Shown: positions 13,867 to 25,889 of the stretch, piece after piece
Numbering within the stretch: the stretch's first letter is position 1
Layout: each line of letters opens with the position of its first letter
Assembly: GCF_006345805.1 (NCBI RefSeq)
Contig: NC_043005.1
Location: forward strand, 18,848,001 to 18,912,000
DNA from: Octopus sinensis
Taxonomy: Eukaryota
Direction: 5' to 3'
Length of the DNA stretch: 64,000 nucleotides
Program-made: the position numbers and the translations under genes
Notes under the pieces: model-generated
Seen by the model: only the letters and a program-made list of their open reading frames with translations
Told to the model about the DNA's origin: nothing
The model's database searches: none

Positions 13867-14078
13867 GGCAAGCTGGTAGAATCATTAGCAAGCTAGGCAA
13901 AATGCTTAGCGGTATTTCGTCCTTTTTTACGTTCTGAGTTCAAGTTCCACCGAGGTCGACTTTGCTGTTTATCCTTCGGGGTCGATAAAATAAGTGCTAG
14001 TTGAGCACTGGGATCGATTTAATCGATTTACCCCCTACCCTGAAATTTCAGACCTTGTGCCTATAGTAGAAAGGAATA
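13867..14078 (+). mobile_element. SINE family A
   Basis: ggcaagctggtagaatcattagc...gaggtcgactttg...ggggtcgataaaataagt. Confidence 0.88.
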
Positions 14079-14559
14079 TGAAACATAAACTGGAAAAAGC
14101 TAGAGCTCCTTAATGCAGAAGAGCGTTTTCTGTTATTCGAGAAGTCCATATTGGTTATCCTTTTTTGTATAGTATTTTTTCTTTGTACCGCACAGCAATG
14201 AATCCCTGGCCAACCATAAAATATCTTAACACATCTGAGTACCACCGGATATGTTCCGATTCAACACTACACGCCAATGTATCTCTTCGTCCATTGAACT
14301 ACTGGTCACGCAACACCTTATACTGGTCACTCATACAGTATTTCAACGCCTCTATCCATTGGATGCTTTGAAACTCAGCTGTGAGCCTCGGCAGAGCTAT
14401 CATCAATTATTTACCATCTTTACTTCTTACAGAAAAAAATGCACACCTTTCTTTCCGTCGTGTCCTTCCTTCCTCTCAGTCTCTCAATGCTATTCCGTCT
14501 TCATCTCTCTATCATTATGCAGCCATTTATTTATTTATTTCTGTCTATATTCATTTATT

Positions 14560-15020
14560 CTTCTTTTCATTTACTTGTATCAGTCATTTGACTGTCGCCA
14601 TGCTGGAGCACCGCTTTGGTAAAACAAATCGACACCAGGTCTTATTCTTTGTAAGCCTAGTACTTGTTCTATCGTTCTCTTTTTCCCGAAACGCTAAGTT
14701 ACGGGAACGTAACACCGGTTGTTAAGCGATGGTCGGGGGACAAACACAGACACAAATATATACATAATTACAAATGTGTGTGTGTGTGTGTATGTGTGTG
14801 TGTGTGTATGTGTGTGTGTTTGTGTGTAAATCTACGCATATTTATATATCTATATATATACTACGGGCTTCTTTCAGTTTCCATCTACCAAATCCACTCA
14901 CAAGGCTTTGGTAGGCGCTAAACCATAGTAGACACTTGCCCAACGTGCCACACAGTGGGACCGAACTCGGAACCATGTGGTTTGGAAACAAGCTTCTTGC
15001 CACACAGCGACGCTTGCGCC
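14560..15020 (-). mobile_element. SINE family B
   Basis: Reverse complement of the family consensus, with an internal (TG)n. Confidence 0.88.
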
Positions 15021-15034
15021 GATAAGTTTATCTT

Positions 15035-15276
15035 TTATCTTTTACTTCCTTCGGTTATCGTTCTGCAATCATGCTAAGATACCGCCTGGAAAGATTCAGC
15101 CAAACAAATCGACCTCAGTATCAATTTTTGTATTTAAGTCTGGTACTTATTGCATCGGTTTCTTTTGCCCAACCGCCAAGTCTAGGGGGACGTATTCAAA
15201 CCAACACTGGTGGATAAGTAGTGGAGGGTAACAAAGAAAAAACAGAACGACACAAACAGAGACACACTCGCACAGA

Positions 15277-15363
<87 letters not shown>

Positions 15364-15585
15364 ATATATATATATATATTTATTCATTTATTTATTTATA
15401 TGTACATATATATTTATATATATATATGCAACGGGCTTCCGCAGAGTTCCGTCAACCAACTTCACTCGCTGGCTATTGGTTGGCCGGGGCTGTAGTAGAA
15501 GACATTTGCACAAAGTACCGTCCAGTGGGACTTGACACAAAACAACGTGGCTGCAAATCAAACTTCTTGACCACACAGCCATGTC
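15035..15585 (-). mobile_element. SINE family B, more diverged tandem copy
   Basis: Same motif order as 14560-15020, with an expanded internal (TA)n. Confidence 0.8.
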
Positions 15586-16719
15586 ATTTATCTCTCTCTA
15601 CGCGTATGGTCCATATATTAAGACCAAGAATTGGTTCTTAAAGCTTATGCTACATCATTCTTTCTCTGGAAACACTCATCACCACGAGAAAGTGGTACCG
15701 AAGAGTCTGGTCTGACAACTATCAAAAATACTTTCTGACGAAGACGTGAAATCAATTCCTGATTTTTTTTAATCTTTTTTTTTTTGGTCACATATCAATG
15801 TTGATTCTACGCTTATTTTTAAAGTTTCATACATCATGTCCGATAACATCTTTATGGAATGTCTCCTGGATATTTTTCTCTTCTACATATTTTTGTTTTT
15901 TGTTTTTTGTTTTTTTTTTGTTCGCAGACATTTTCGAGACAATTGAATAACAAAAATCCAAGACTTTGTGACGTAGGTTTTCTACAGCCGCATCACTAAT
16001 GTTATTTCTTTGAATACTGCTCTTTGACCTTCTTCCTAACCCTTTTTGACGCTGCCCTCTTAATAGGGTGGTCATTCGACTTACTAGAAACAGCAACAAA
16101 ATAGTCTTAATATCATTGTCTAGCGTCTTTTAAAAAATCGAAGGACTCACTGAATAATGCAGCCCTATATATACACTGTCTGAATAATACGCAGTATGGT
16201 CACGACTGGAAAGCCTTTTATCATCAAAGTTGACCTGAGGCTCAGCAACAGCGAAAAAGAAGACAAAATACCCTCTTGTTTCCTTTAGTAAACATTATTT
16301 TTTAAGTTGTATTAAGTCCTAATAATTTCATCCTTCCTTTTATTGTAGCTGTTTGCCTTTCAACTTTAAGAAGTCGATAAAATAATTACCAGATGAGCAC
16401 CGGAGTCTGTATAAATGACCTAGCGGTTTGGCAAAAGATACCAATAGAATAAGTATCACACTTAAAAGTAAGTACTGGGTCGCCTTCAAAGCGGTGCCAC
16501 AGCATGGTCGGACACTTTCTAATGATTAAAAAAAATAATGGACAAAGTAAAAGGATCCATGGGGAAGTTGAAAATGTCTACCGTATTTATCATGCAATTC
16601 TCACCGTGAAAAATAACTGTCCCCCTTATCTTAAGTTTATTTAATTTGCCAATCCTTTGGATGAAGCAACTGAAAACTTCAATCGGCTCCATTGGAAATC
16701 ATTTAAATACAAGTGTATC

Positions 16720-17800
16720 TGGAGTGGTTGAGGGAAGAACATTTTTGATACTAAAAGATACTACGAATAGAAAAGTAAGAGAAAATTATCGACCGATCAC
16801 CTACCTCAGTCTATTACGGAAACTCCGAATGCATTCTTTCTCAGAAACCAGACTCGTTTGATTCAGAACAAGCTATCTTAGAGCAGAAGAATACAGGCAA
16901 CACTGATAATAGGCCACCAAAAATCATTTGATCATTGACAAAATAATAATGAAAATAAAGGCTAATCTATACATGCCGTGAATCAACATGAAGGAAACTT
17001 CGACAGGATGCCCATTTTTGGATTGTGGAGACGCTCAGAATATTTTTAGCATAGCTCAAAACCCTAGCAACATTTTCATTGCTATTGTGTCGAGGTCAAA
17101 AGCGAACTTGAAGATGGATTAGAAATCACTAGCAAGGTAGCTTTTAAAAGACATATCTTCCGAATATACATCCTTCCTACGCTTGTTATTTGTTATCGCA
17201 CGACACTTAGAAAAGTCAACAAGAGTTATACGCTATGAAGCAATGCAGCTTTCCTAATAATCTATCTGTCATGGATGATCAAATGATATTTGCAATGTTA
17301 ATGCAACAAAGGTTTGTTATAATATTGGCATGGAATTTAGTTTATCAAAACGTACGATTTTAGCCACGAAGGGAAAGAAGAAAGCTCATGTTATTGGAAT
17401 AATCTTATCAAAAGGAAGGATTTTAAAGTCTCATCAATATGTATATATGCACCTCGGTATAGAGGAATTCAATGACACTATGAATAAGGAAATGAAAAGA
17501 AAAATAAGAAGATTAAAGATTAATAGATTATATAAAAGATTATTGAATTCAAGGAATTTAATAAAAGCGACTAACATGCGAGTGGTTGCCATCATGTTAT
17601 AATGCCCTAATAATGAACTGGCCGAATACTGAAATAGATGTGTTAAACAGGAAAGAAGAGTCCTTAGTTACGCATGACACACTTCATTCGAAGACAGATA
17701 TCAGTTGGTTTGCATATGAAATGGAAGAATATCTGGAGATGCTTTATTTGCATATCTGATTATGAGACTGGAGACCAAAGATCAAACACAGCCGTATAAA
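16720..17800 (+). mobile_element. Highly decayed R4/Dong-like RT fragment
   Basis: RENYRPITYLSLLRKL, an EQK motif, YMHLGIEE and RNLIKATNMRVVAIML; many stops. Confidence 0.65.
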
Positions 17801-17859
17801 TGTAGAAAGACGACTTGAAGACGCTGTAAAAGAAGTAGTATTTATATGGGTTATCTGAA

Positions 17860-20060
17860 GATAAAAAATATACCAAAACAGGAAAAAATGAAGAAATATA
17901 TAAACCAAAAAGTTATAGGCCCATAGCCTGCTTAACAACAATGTATAAAATACTAACATATGTCTTCACTAAATATATTTTCTAATAGGAAGTAGCATCT
18001 TCCCTAATGAGCAAAAGGGATGTAAACGTGGGTCTTGTGGTTGTAAAGATCAGCTACGCATCAATAAGATGATCTTGGAAGATTGTCACAAATAAGACGA
18101 GAACTTGTTGATAGCCTGGACAGACTATAAAAAAGCTTTTGATAGTCTACCACATTGCTGGATTAAGAAATGTCAGGAAATTTATAAAATAGCCCCTACT
18201 CTGCGAAACTTCTTATATGTATGAGATCAAGGAGAAACACATTGAATTTAAACAATGATAATGAATTCCTGAATGATGGAGATGTAATAATTTCCTGTGG
18301 CATTTTCCAGGGTGACTCTCTACAACCATTCCTCTTTTGTCTAGCTTTAATACCTCTCTCAAAATCGCTCGATGATGTACAATACGGCTATAAATGTTTC
18401 TGCTTGGATGATTTAACGTTCTTTACAAAAAATGACCAGCAATTACAGGGCTTACTAGCAATTGTTAAACAGTTCAGTGATGACATTAGGGTGGAATCTG
18501 ACCTCGATAAATGTGTAAAAGCTATCTTTATCAGAAGAAAAATGACAGAAATATCCAACGTTAATCTTAACCAACAGAAGGACATAAAGGAGAGCTACAA
18601 ATACTTAGGCGCATTTGAAGGCAATTGAATCAAACATTTAATGATGAGAGAATAGATAAGAAAAGAATGTTATCGCAAGATAAGGGCAATACTCATGACA
18701 GGGCTGAATGCAAGAAACAGAATCGAGGCCATCAATATTTTAGTCATACTGGTCGTGACTTACAGTTTCAATATCATTAATTGCTCAATTACTGAAATAA
18801 ATAATCTTAACAGAAAAATATGAAAATTGTTGACCACCCTAAGACAAATATAGAACGATTTTACCTGCCAACAAAAGAGGGAGGCCGTGAACCATTACAA
18901 CTAGAATTAACATTGAAGATTACCACTCTGATGACTGGATATAAAAACTCATCTTAATGCATGAAAACACGAAAACGTCATACTCAGTAACACACCGGGT
19001 AAAGAAATATCTAAGTGAATTCCAAATACAAAAAATCCCAGAATTAGCCCTACTGGAAACAATCACCGTAGGAAAGCGTATGAAAACCCGTGTTAAAGCT
19101 GCTGCCTTATACATTCTTGCTGATAAATGTCAAGAAAAACATCTCAATGACAAATACCCAAAGAGAGCTACTAATGCCGGTGTTGACAAAGCCCTTACCC
19201 ATCGATGGTTAGCACCTTCTGGCTTAATATTAAAGACACAAGGGTTTACCATACCAGCCCAAGATCAATGCCTACGTACAGGGAACTACCAGGCGAACAT
19301 ATCAAAGAACGGCAGTAAACCAACATGTGTATGTAAACAACAAATATAAATCATCGATCATGTTGTCTCCATGTGCAGACTTCTTCTGCCTACAGAGTAT
19401 CTCAACAGCCATGATAGAGCAGTACAGTATATGCACTGGGTAATTTGCAAAGACTTGGACCTGCCCCATGATAAAAACTGGTGGGAACACAAACCACTTA
19501 CCATGCTTGAAAATTACTGCACTTCTCTCCTCTGGAACTTCACCGTTCAAACTGACAAAAAGATGAATGCGAATAGTCTAGATATTATACTGAAGGACTT
19601 CAGACAAAAATCACGCTTCCTCATCGATATAACTGTCCCAATTGACATAAATGTATCTATCAAGACCTACCAAAAACTAAGCAAGTGTAAAGATCTTGAA
19701 GTAGATATTGGTAAATTGTGGAGCCTCAAGGCTAAAACAATACTTGTTGTCATAAGTGCCCTAAGAACGATAGCAAGAGGGGCTGATCGATGACTAGCTC
19801 ACATATAGGGAAATCTAAAAATGGAAGAAATTTAAAAAATAGTGCTCATGGGAACTGCCCATATCCTATGTAAAATGCTGTATTTGTAATACCAAATTTT
19901 AAAATAAATTTATAATTTTCTCAAATTTTCTTAGACATTCTCTCGAACAATGTATGGCACATTAGGCATAACACCAACATAAACTTGTCTCTTGAGGTCT
20001 CTGGATGAGATTTCGAGTCAACTTGTACAAATACAAAGCAAAAGTCAAACATATACTAAA
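17860..20060 (+). mobile_element. R4/Dong-like element: RT, zinc knuckle and RLE through to the 3' UTR and (AAT)n tail
   Basis: [77 protein letters not shown]...HDRAVQYMHW, LLWNFTVQTDKKMNANSLDI and FLIDITVP...KLSKCKDLE. Confidence 0.92.
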
Positions 20061-20124
<64 letters not shown>

Positions 20125-20130
<6 letters not shown>

Positions 20131-21100
20131 GCCGTGGAGCCACTGTCGAAACACACGAAGTCCGGCGTCATCAAAACTGAAAATTGCATAACGAAAGAAA
20201 AATTTAAACAAGAAATAAACAAAGGTAAAAAAAAGGTATGGAGGGTAAAAAAATGTACAGTCGGTTTGCAAGAGATGTGAAGGCCAAGACATATACAGAG
20301 GACTGGTGGCTACGGATAAGGAGGAGTGACCTGAAGATAGAAATTGAAGCGCTCATATACACAGCTCCAGAACAAGCTTTAAGGACCAACTATATGAAAT
20401 GCAGAATAAACAACACTACTGATAGTGACAAATGCAGAATGTGTGGTGAGCAGGATGAAATGGTATGGTACATCGTTAGCGAATGCCCGGAATTGGCACA
20501 ATGCGAATGCAAAATACGTTATATTGATGTGGCAAGAATGATCGATTAGGAGTTCTGTGGCACTCACAGTCTACAAAGAGCAAAGACATAGTATGAAAAA
20601 ACTCCAGAAGGAGTCACCGAAAATAAGAATTGCAAAATCCTGTGTGATGCAATGATCTAGTGCGATCACCCGAATAGACATCGGAAACTGGACATTGTTG
20701 TGGTGAATAAAAAACAAAGAACATGTATGATAATCAACATAGCATGTCCCGATGACAGCAGGATCAATCTGAAAGAAGAAGGGAAAATAAAAAAAAAACT
20801 ATGACGATTTGAAGTAGGAAATACGAAGGTTGGGGTCAAGGAAGAGAGTAGACGTGATGCCAATAGTAATTGGCGCACACAAAGGTGTCAGCACTGAACA
20901 ACCAAACATGGCTGAAAACGATTGTTGCAAATGTGAAAGGAGAACACCTACAAAAATCAGCATCGCTTGGAACTGCAAGAATTCTTCACAAGGTTCTTGA
21001 AGCATGACCAGTAAACAAGTGTCACCCTAGGCTGCTGGCTATGGACAGCTGACACTTCCCATCATACCCAGCAAAATACGCTGTTAGTTTTCATATAACA
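20125..21100 (+). mobile_element. R4/Dong-like 3' fragment (CCHC knuckle + RLE) between (AAT)n arrays
   Basis: QALRTNY...KCRMCGEQDEMVWYIVSEC, HRKLDIVVVNKKQRTCMIINIACP; ends in (AAT)n(GAA)n. Confidence 0.88.
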
Positions 21101-21177
<77 letters not shown>

Positions 21178-21195
21178 AAGAAGAAGAAGAAGAAG

Positions 21196-21226
<31 letters not shown>

Positions 21227-21479
21227 AGGACAATAATAATGATTATAAGAACAAAAACAATGAAAATGGTAATAAAAGCAACAAATGAAATGAGGATTGT
21301 GAAAATAATAGTATTCTGTGGGAAATAGATAGGAAATCAGAAATTTGTGAGGATCCATAATTGAAAGAAATGAGAGAAAATCCTCTGGAGAAAACCATTC
21401 TTTTTGATCCGAAAATACCATCCAGAAAATATTAATATAAATGCAAATTGCCAACACATGCATATATTTGATCTCATTC

Positions 21480-21529
21480 TATTATCTCTCTTTCTCTCTC
21501 TTCTCTCTCTCTCTGTGTATATATATATG

Positions 21530-21575
<46 letters not shown>

Positions 21576-21585
21576 TATAATATAT

Positions 21586-21651
<66 letters not shown>

Positions 21652-22085
21652 TAGATAGAGATATATACATATGTATGTATGCATGCATTTACATACACAA
21701 ACATAAACGCAGATAATATAGATATATAAAAATGTATATATATATATATATATGTGTGTAAGTGTGTGTGTATGTATATACATGTATATATATATATATA
21801 AATGTGTGTGTGTATGTATCTATATTCGTATATACATATATACATATATATAAACATACATATATACATATATGTATACATAAATATACATATGTGTGTG
21901 TATACATATATATATTGTGTGTGCTTACATTGATATAAACACATATACACACATGTACATTGTTGTTTATAAATATATATACATATATACATGAACATTT
22001 GTATCTTATATATGCACATATAAACACACACACATATACATATATGCGTGATATATTCATACATACACACAACTTATACATATAG
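21480..22085. repeat. (TC)n/(TA)n/(GATA)n/(CA)n compound microsatellite field
   Basis: Seen directly. Confidence 0.95.
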
Positions 22086-22979
22086 CGTGCAGTATATACA
22101 GGAATATATGTTTTATCAAAGTAGAATATTATTATATGTATAGGGTGTGGCGGGAGAGAAGAGAGAACATTTAGTGTATGCCATCATTTGTATAGTATTT
22201 CATGCTAAATATATATGATCATTGATAAATATTTAAGTACATGATATGAATAAGAAAATCTTTATCATAAAAGCATAACCATCATCATCACTATAATCAA
22301 CATTATCATCACGATCAACGTCGTCATATTAAGTCTTCACCATCGACATTATCATGATCCTGGTCAGCCTCAATATTATCAGCACCAACATAACCATTAT
22401 CCTCTTATTCTACATTATCCTAATCCTAATCTCCATCTTCGCCTTCGTCATCATCGTCATCATCTTCACAGTTTTTATATTAAACATCAATAACAAGTTC
22501 GAGCAACTTTAACCAACCTCGTAATGACATAGAATGGACTTTGTTACTGTTCACCATGTCCCATATTCATCACGTTTATTCGTCCAGTAACGAATCTCCA
22601 AGAATCTTCTTCTATCATCTCATTCGTTTGGGTTTCTTTGTTATTCTCTGTTCCCACAGCTACCTTGCAGGCACAGATCCACTCACGCGCACGTACGCGT
22701 GCACATACACGCTAGGAGTTAGACAGACAGAGATATAGGAAGAAGCACACAGAAAAAATACACAGATTGTAATACACCATACATACTCTAACTGTATATG
22801 CATGTGTGTTTGCGTGTGCGTGCGCGCGTGTGTGTGTGTACAAGAGAGAGTTTGTGTGTCTGTAGCAATTTGTAAACAAGAGGAACCTTGTATAAAAGTA
22901 CGCAATACTAAAGGACTCCGTAAATATGTATTGTAATTGTGAGATTGCACGCTATTTCTACTCAGTTTCACACATTAAC

Positions 22980-23201
22980 GTTGTTCATGTGACCGCGTGT
23001 GTACCGTTCGCGATTTGTTTTCCTCCGTCTTCCCTTCTCTGGATCTTTCCTTTTCCTATGTTTCTGACGAAGAACTCTGCTCGAAACGTAAAACCCTCCT
23101 TCTTCCCTTCCTTCCTGAGCATCCAATAATACTATATTTGTTCCACGTCCTCGCGTCCTCGCGTTGGTGTGTTTTCTCTTGGTGTTTTCATGTTTGGATT
23201 A

Positions 23202-23205
<4 letters not shown>
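22980..23205 (+). mobile_element. Short non-autonomous PLE-derived (pLTR-like) element carrying a minimal hammerhead
   Basis: Homologous to 24505-24720 (minus strand) and more loosely to 31390-31575; ends at (TA)n. Confidence 0.6.
23060..23094 (+). ncRNA. Minimal type I hammerhead ribozyme motif (PLE type)
   Basis: GTTT-CTGACGA-A-GAAC tct GCTC-GAAACGT-A-AAAC. Stem I is GTTT/AAAC, the core is intact, a palindromic ACGT replaces stem III, and stem II has one mismatch. Confidence 0.7.
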
Positions 23206-23245
<40 letters not shown>

Positions 23246-23812
23246 GTGGACTAATCGATGATGGTAAGATCAACAACAAACTACCCTTCTGATGAGAGAT
23301 AAAACTTTTTAAACAAACACAATATGTTTTTCTGAGCTACTATTAGTTTCATGGGCTGAGTGTTTGGTGTCGTAGTACAATCTTCAGGCACTGCCCACAT
23401 GGCATAATAAACTAAAAATGGAACGATAGGGTGAGAGAAAAATCAAGAAAAGCCGAGAAAGAAGTATATATAAATATGGAATGTTGAATAACCGGAAAAC
23501 GAAAAAGAAAACAAGCAAAAGGGTGCAATTATGGTTATTTCCCCTTACACCGAAACATATAAGACTGTAAAATTAGTGGATTAAAGTCTGTGGTATAGTT
23601 CTTCAATCCATAGAGGGTGGCACTTTCCAATTTGTAAACATGAACTTAGACATATGTTTACAACCGTTGAAAGTTTCGGGTCTAGAATTCAACAGTGATT
23701 TAGAGTTCTTAAATCTGAAAAGGATGTGAGTTATTTCAACTACACATAGGTTACATTTTTTATCTGTCAATATATGGTATGGATTTTGTTCACAATTTTG
23801 TCAATTATTATT

Positions 23813-24075
23813 GGGATGCATGGCCAAGTGGTCAGGGTGTTTTGCTTACGATCGCGAGATCATGGTTTTAAATCCTAGACCCGGTGATGCGTTGTGTTCT
23901 TGAACAAGAGACTTCAACTCACGTTGCTTTGTGATCACTTCGACACTTGACCTGTGGTACGCCTTGTGCCGGTCCAGGCAACGTTGATTTGATGGAGAGA
24001 GTGACCTAATGTACAGCGCATATAATTGATCATAGAGATTGGTATGGAATGCAAGCTCAGATGAAAAAATCAGCA
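23813..24075 (+). mobile_element. tRNA-derived SINE (family D-like head, cttacgatc anticodon-loop-like motif)
   Basis: gcatggccaagtggtcagg A-box-like head and a gttgtgttcttgaacaag central domain; its 3' part recurs inverted at 25725-25889. Confidence 0.75.
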
Positions 24076-24084
24076 AAAAAATCA

Positions 24085-24215
24085 GTTTTTCTTTCTTTTA
24101 TCTGCGAGTTACATTGCACTGAAAAGTCTCATAATATCTTGTATTCAGTGATGTCCTCTGGCTCATGTTTGTACCATTTCCATGCTCTGCTCAGACCGTA
24201 CTTTTTACGCTGTCT
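24085..24215 (-). mobile_element. R4/Dong RLE-region fragment fused to the SINE tail
   Basis: The minus strand reads WRQRKKYGLSRAWKWYKHEPEDITEYKIL. Confidence 0.7.
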
Positions 24216-24405
24216 CCAATAATAATGATAGTAGTAGTAATAATAATAATAATACAAATAATATAATATAATAATAATAATAATAATAATAATATAATAA
24301 TAATGATAATATAATTTACCTATGGTGAAATTACCATGGTGGAATTTACCTGGTGGAATTTTCCGTGGTTGAATGTACCGCGGAGTGATTACTGTCACTA
24401 TGTAT

Positions 24406-24468
<63 letters not shown>

Positions 24469-24504
24469 CCATACATATATATATAATATATATTATATAT
24501 ATAT

Positions 24505-24720
24505 ATATGAGGTTAATCCAAACGAGAAAACAGAAAAGACAACAAAACAAGGAGGTGGAACATTAAAGTATTATTATTAGGCGCTCAGAAAAAGGGAAGA
24601 AGGAGGGTATGACGCTTCGAGCGGAGCTCTTCGTCGGAAACATAATAGAAAGAAAGATCCCGAGGCTGGAGGACGGAGGGAAAAAAAACGCGACTGGTTT
24701 TCACGAGGTAAACATGCTGA
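24505..24720 (-). mobile_element. Second copy of the PLE-derived short element, with a mutated hammerhead core
   Basis: The minus strand reads tatgtttccgacgaagagctccgctcgaagcgtcataccctcct, homologous to 23057-23100. Confidence 0.65.
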
Positions 24721-25388
24721 AAGGCCGGAAGTCTTAGACGAGCGGGGACGGGTTTTCAAAGACAGGAGAGCGGAAAAAGAAGGTGGGTAACAAATCGATG
24801 AATGGGAAGAAGAAGGTGTGTGTATGAGTATGTACGTGTGTGTGTGTGTATGTGTGTGTAAGGCGACGGCGGGTGGCGAGCAGCGGCCGTAACGATGTGC
24901 GAGATAAAAAAAATGTGTATATATTAGTGCGTGCGTCTGTGTGTAAGTGTGTGTACGTAGGGCGAAATGTGGTGGACGTAGCAGTCGCAGGTCAGTGGTA
25001 AAAAGGAGGAAGAATGGAATGTGTGCGTGCGTATGTACGTCCCGTGTGTGTGTTTAGTTGTAGTATGTGTGTGTCCGTGTGCGTTTGTTGTATGTATGGC
25101 AAGTAAATTTGAAGTGTGTGTAAGTGTATTGTATATATATATGCAAATGTGTGTGTGTGAGTGCGTGGGAGTGAGTGTATGTATGTGTGTGCGTGTGTGT
25201 ACACAAGGTATGGGTATTATATGTGTGTGTGTATATATATGCATGCAAGGAAACAAACTGCGACTGACGGAATATATTATATATATATAATATATATATA
25301 TATAGTGATGACTTATATGTGGTTATTGACAATTTAAAGTATACCTTTCGGCATATTTGGCATAGGAATCTTTCTATCTATCTATCTA

Positions 25389-25436
<48 letters not shown>

Positions 25437-25439
25437 ATG

Positions 25440-25725
25440 TAAGTAGGATGTGTGGCAGAAAATCGAAATAATCTCATATATTGTGATTGAATGTAAAACA
25501 ACGCAGAAGGAGACGCGACAACGTGGCTGACCTAGTACACTGGAGACAGCGTAAAAAAGTACAGTCTGAGTAGAGCAAGGAATGTTTAATATGAGCCATA
25601 AGGCATCACTGAAGATAATGAATATAAGATCTTGTGGGACTTTTCAATGCAATGTGACTCTCTAATCGATATTCGGAAACCAGACATTGTTGTGGTACAT
25701 AAAAGGATAAAAAAGGGATTTTTTG
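25440..25725 (+). mobile_element. R4/Dong knuckle/RLE fragment
   Basis: RMCG..E..YIVIEC, RRRDNVADLVHWRQRKKYSLSRAR, KILWDFSMQCD and RKPDIVVVHK. Confidence 0.75.
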
Positions 25726-25889
25726 TTGATTCTCTCGTCTGAGCTTGCATTCCGGGGTATAGCAATCTCTATGATCAAATATATGCGCTGTACATTAGGT
25801 CATCCTCTCTCTCTCTCTCTATCAAATCGACGTTCCCTGCACAGGCACAAGGTGTACCACACTTCAAGTGTCGAATTGATCACAAAGCA
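25725..25889 (-). mobile_element. 3' part of the family D-like SINE
   Basis: Reverse complement of about 23925-24075. Confidence 0.75.

Noticed and set aside
14100-14400. Non-repetitive stretch with ORFs of 65-120 aa
   Set aside because: No motif was recognised on either strand; possibly a very old LINE remnant.
23288-23325. CTGATGAGAG...CTTTTTAAAC hammerhead-like start
   Set aside because: No GAAA core and no stem I pairing.
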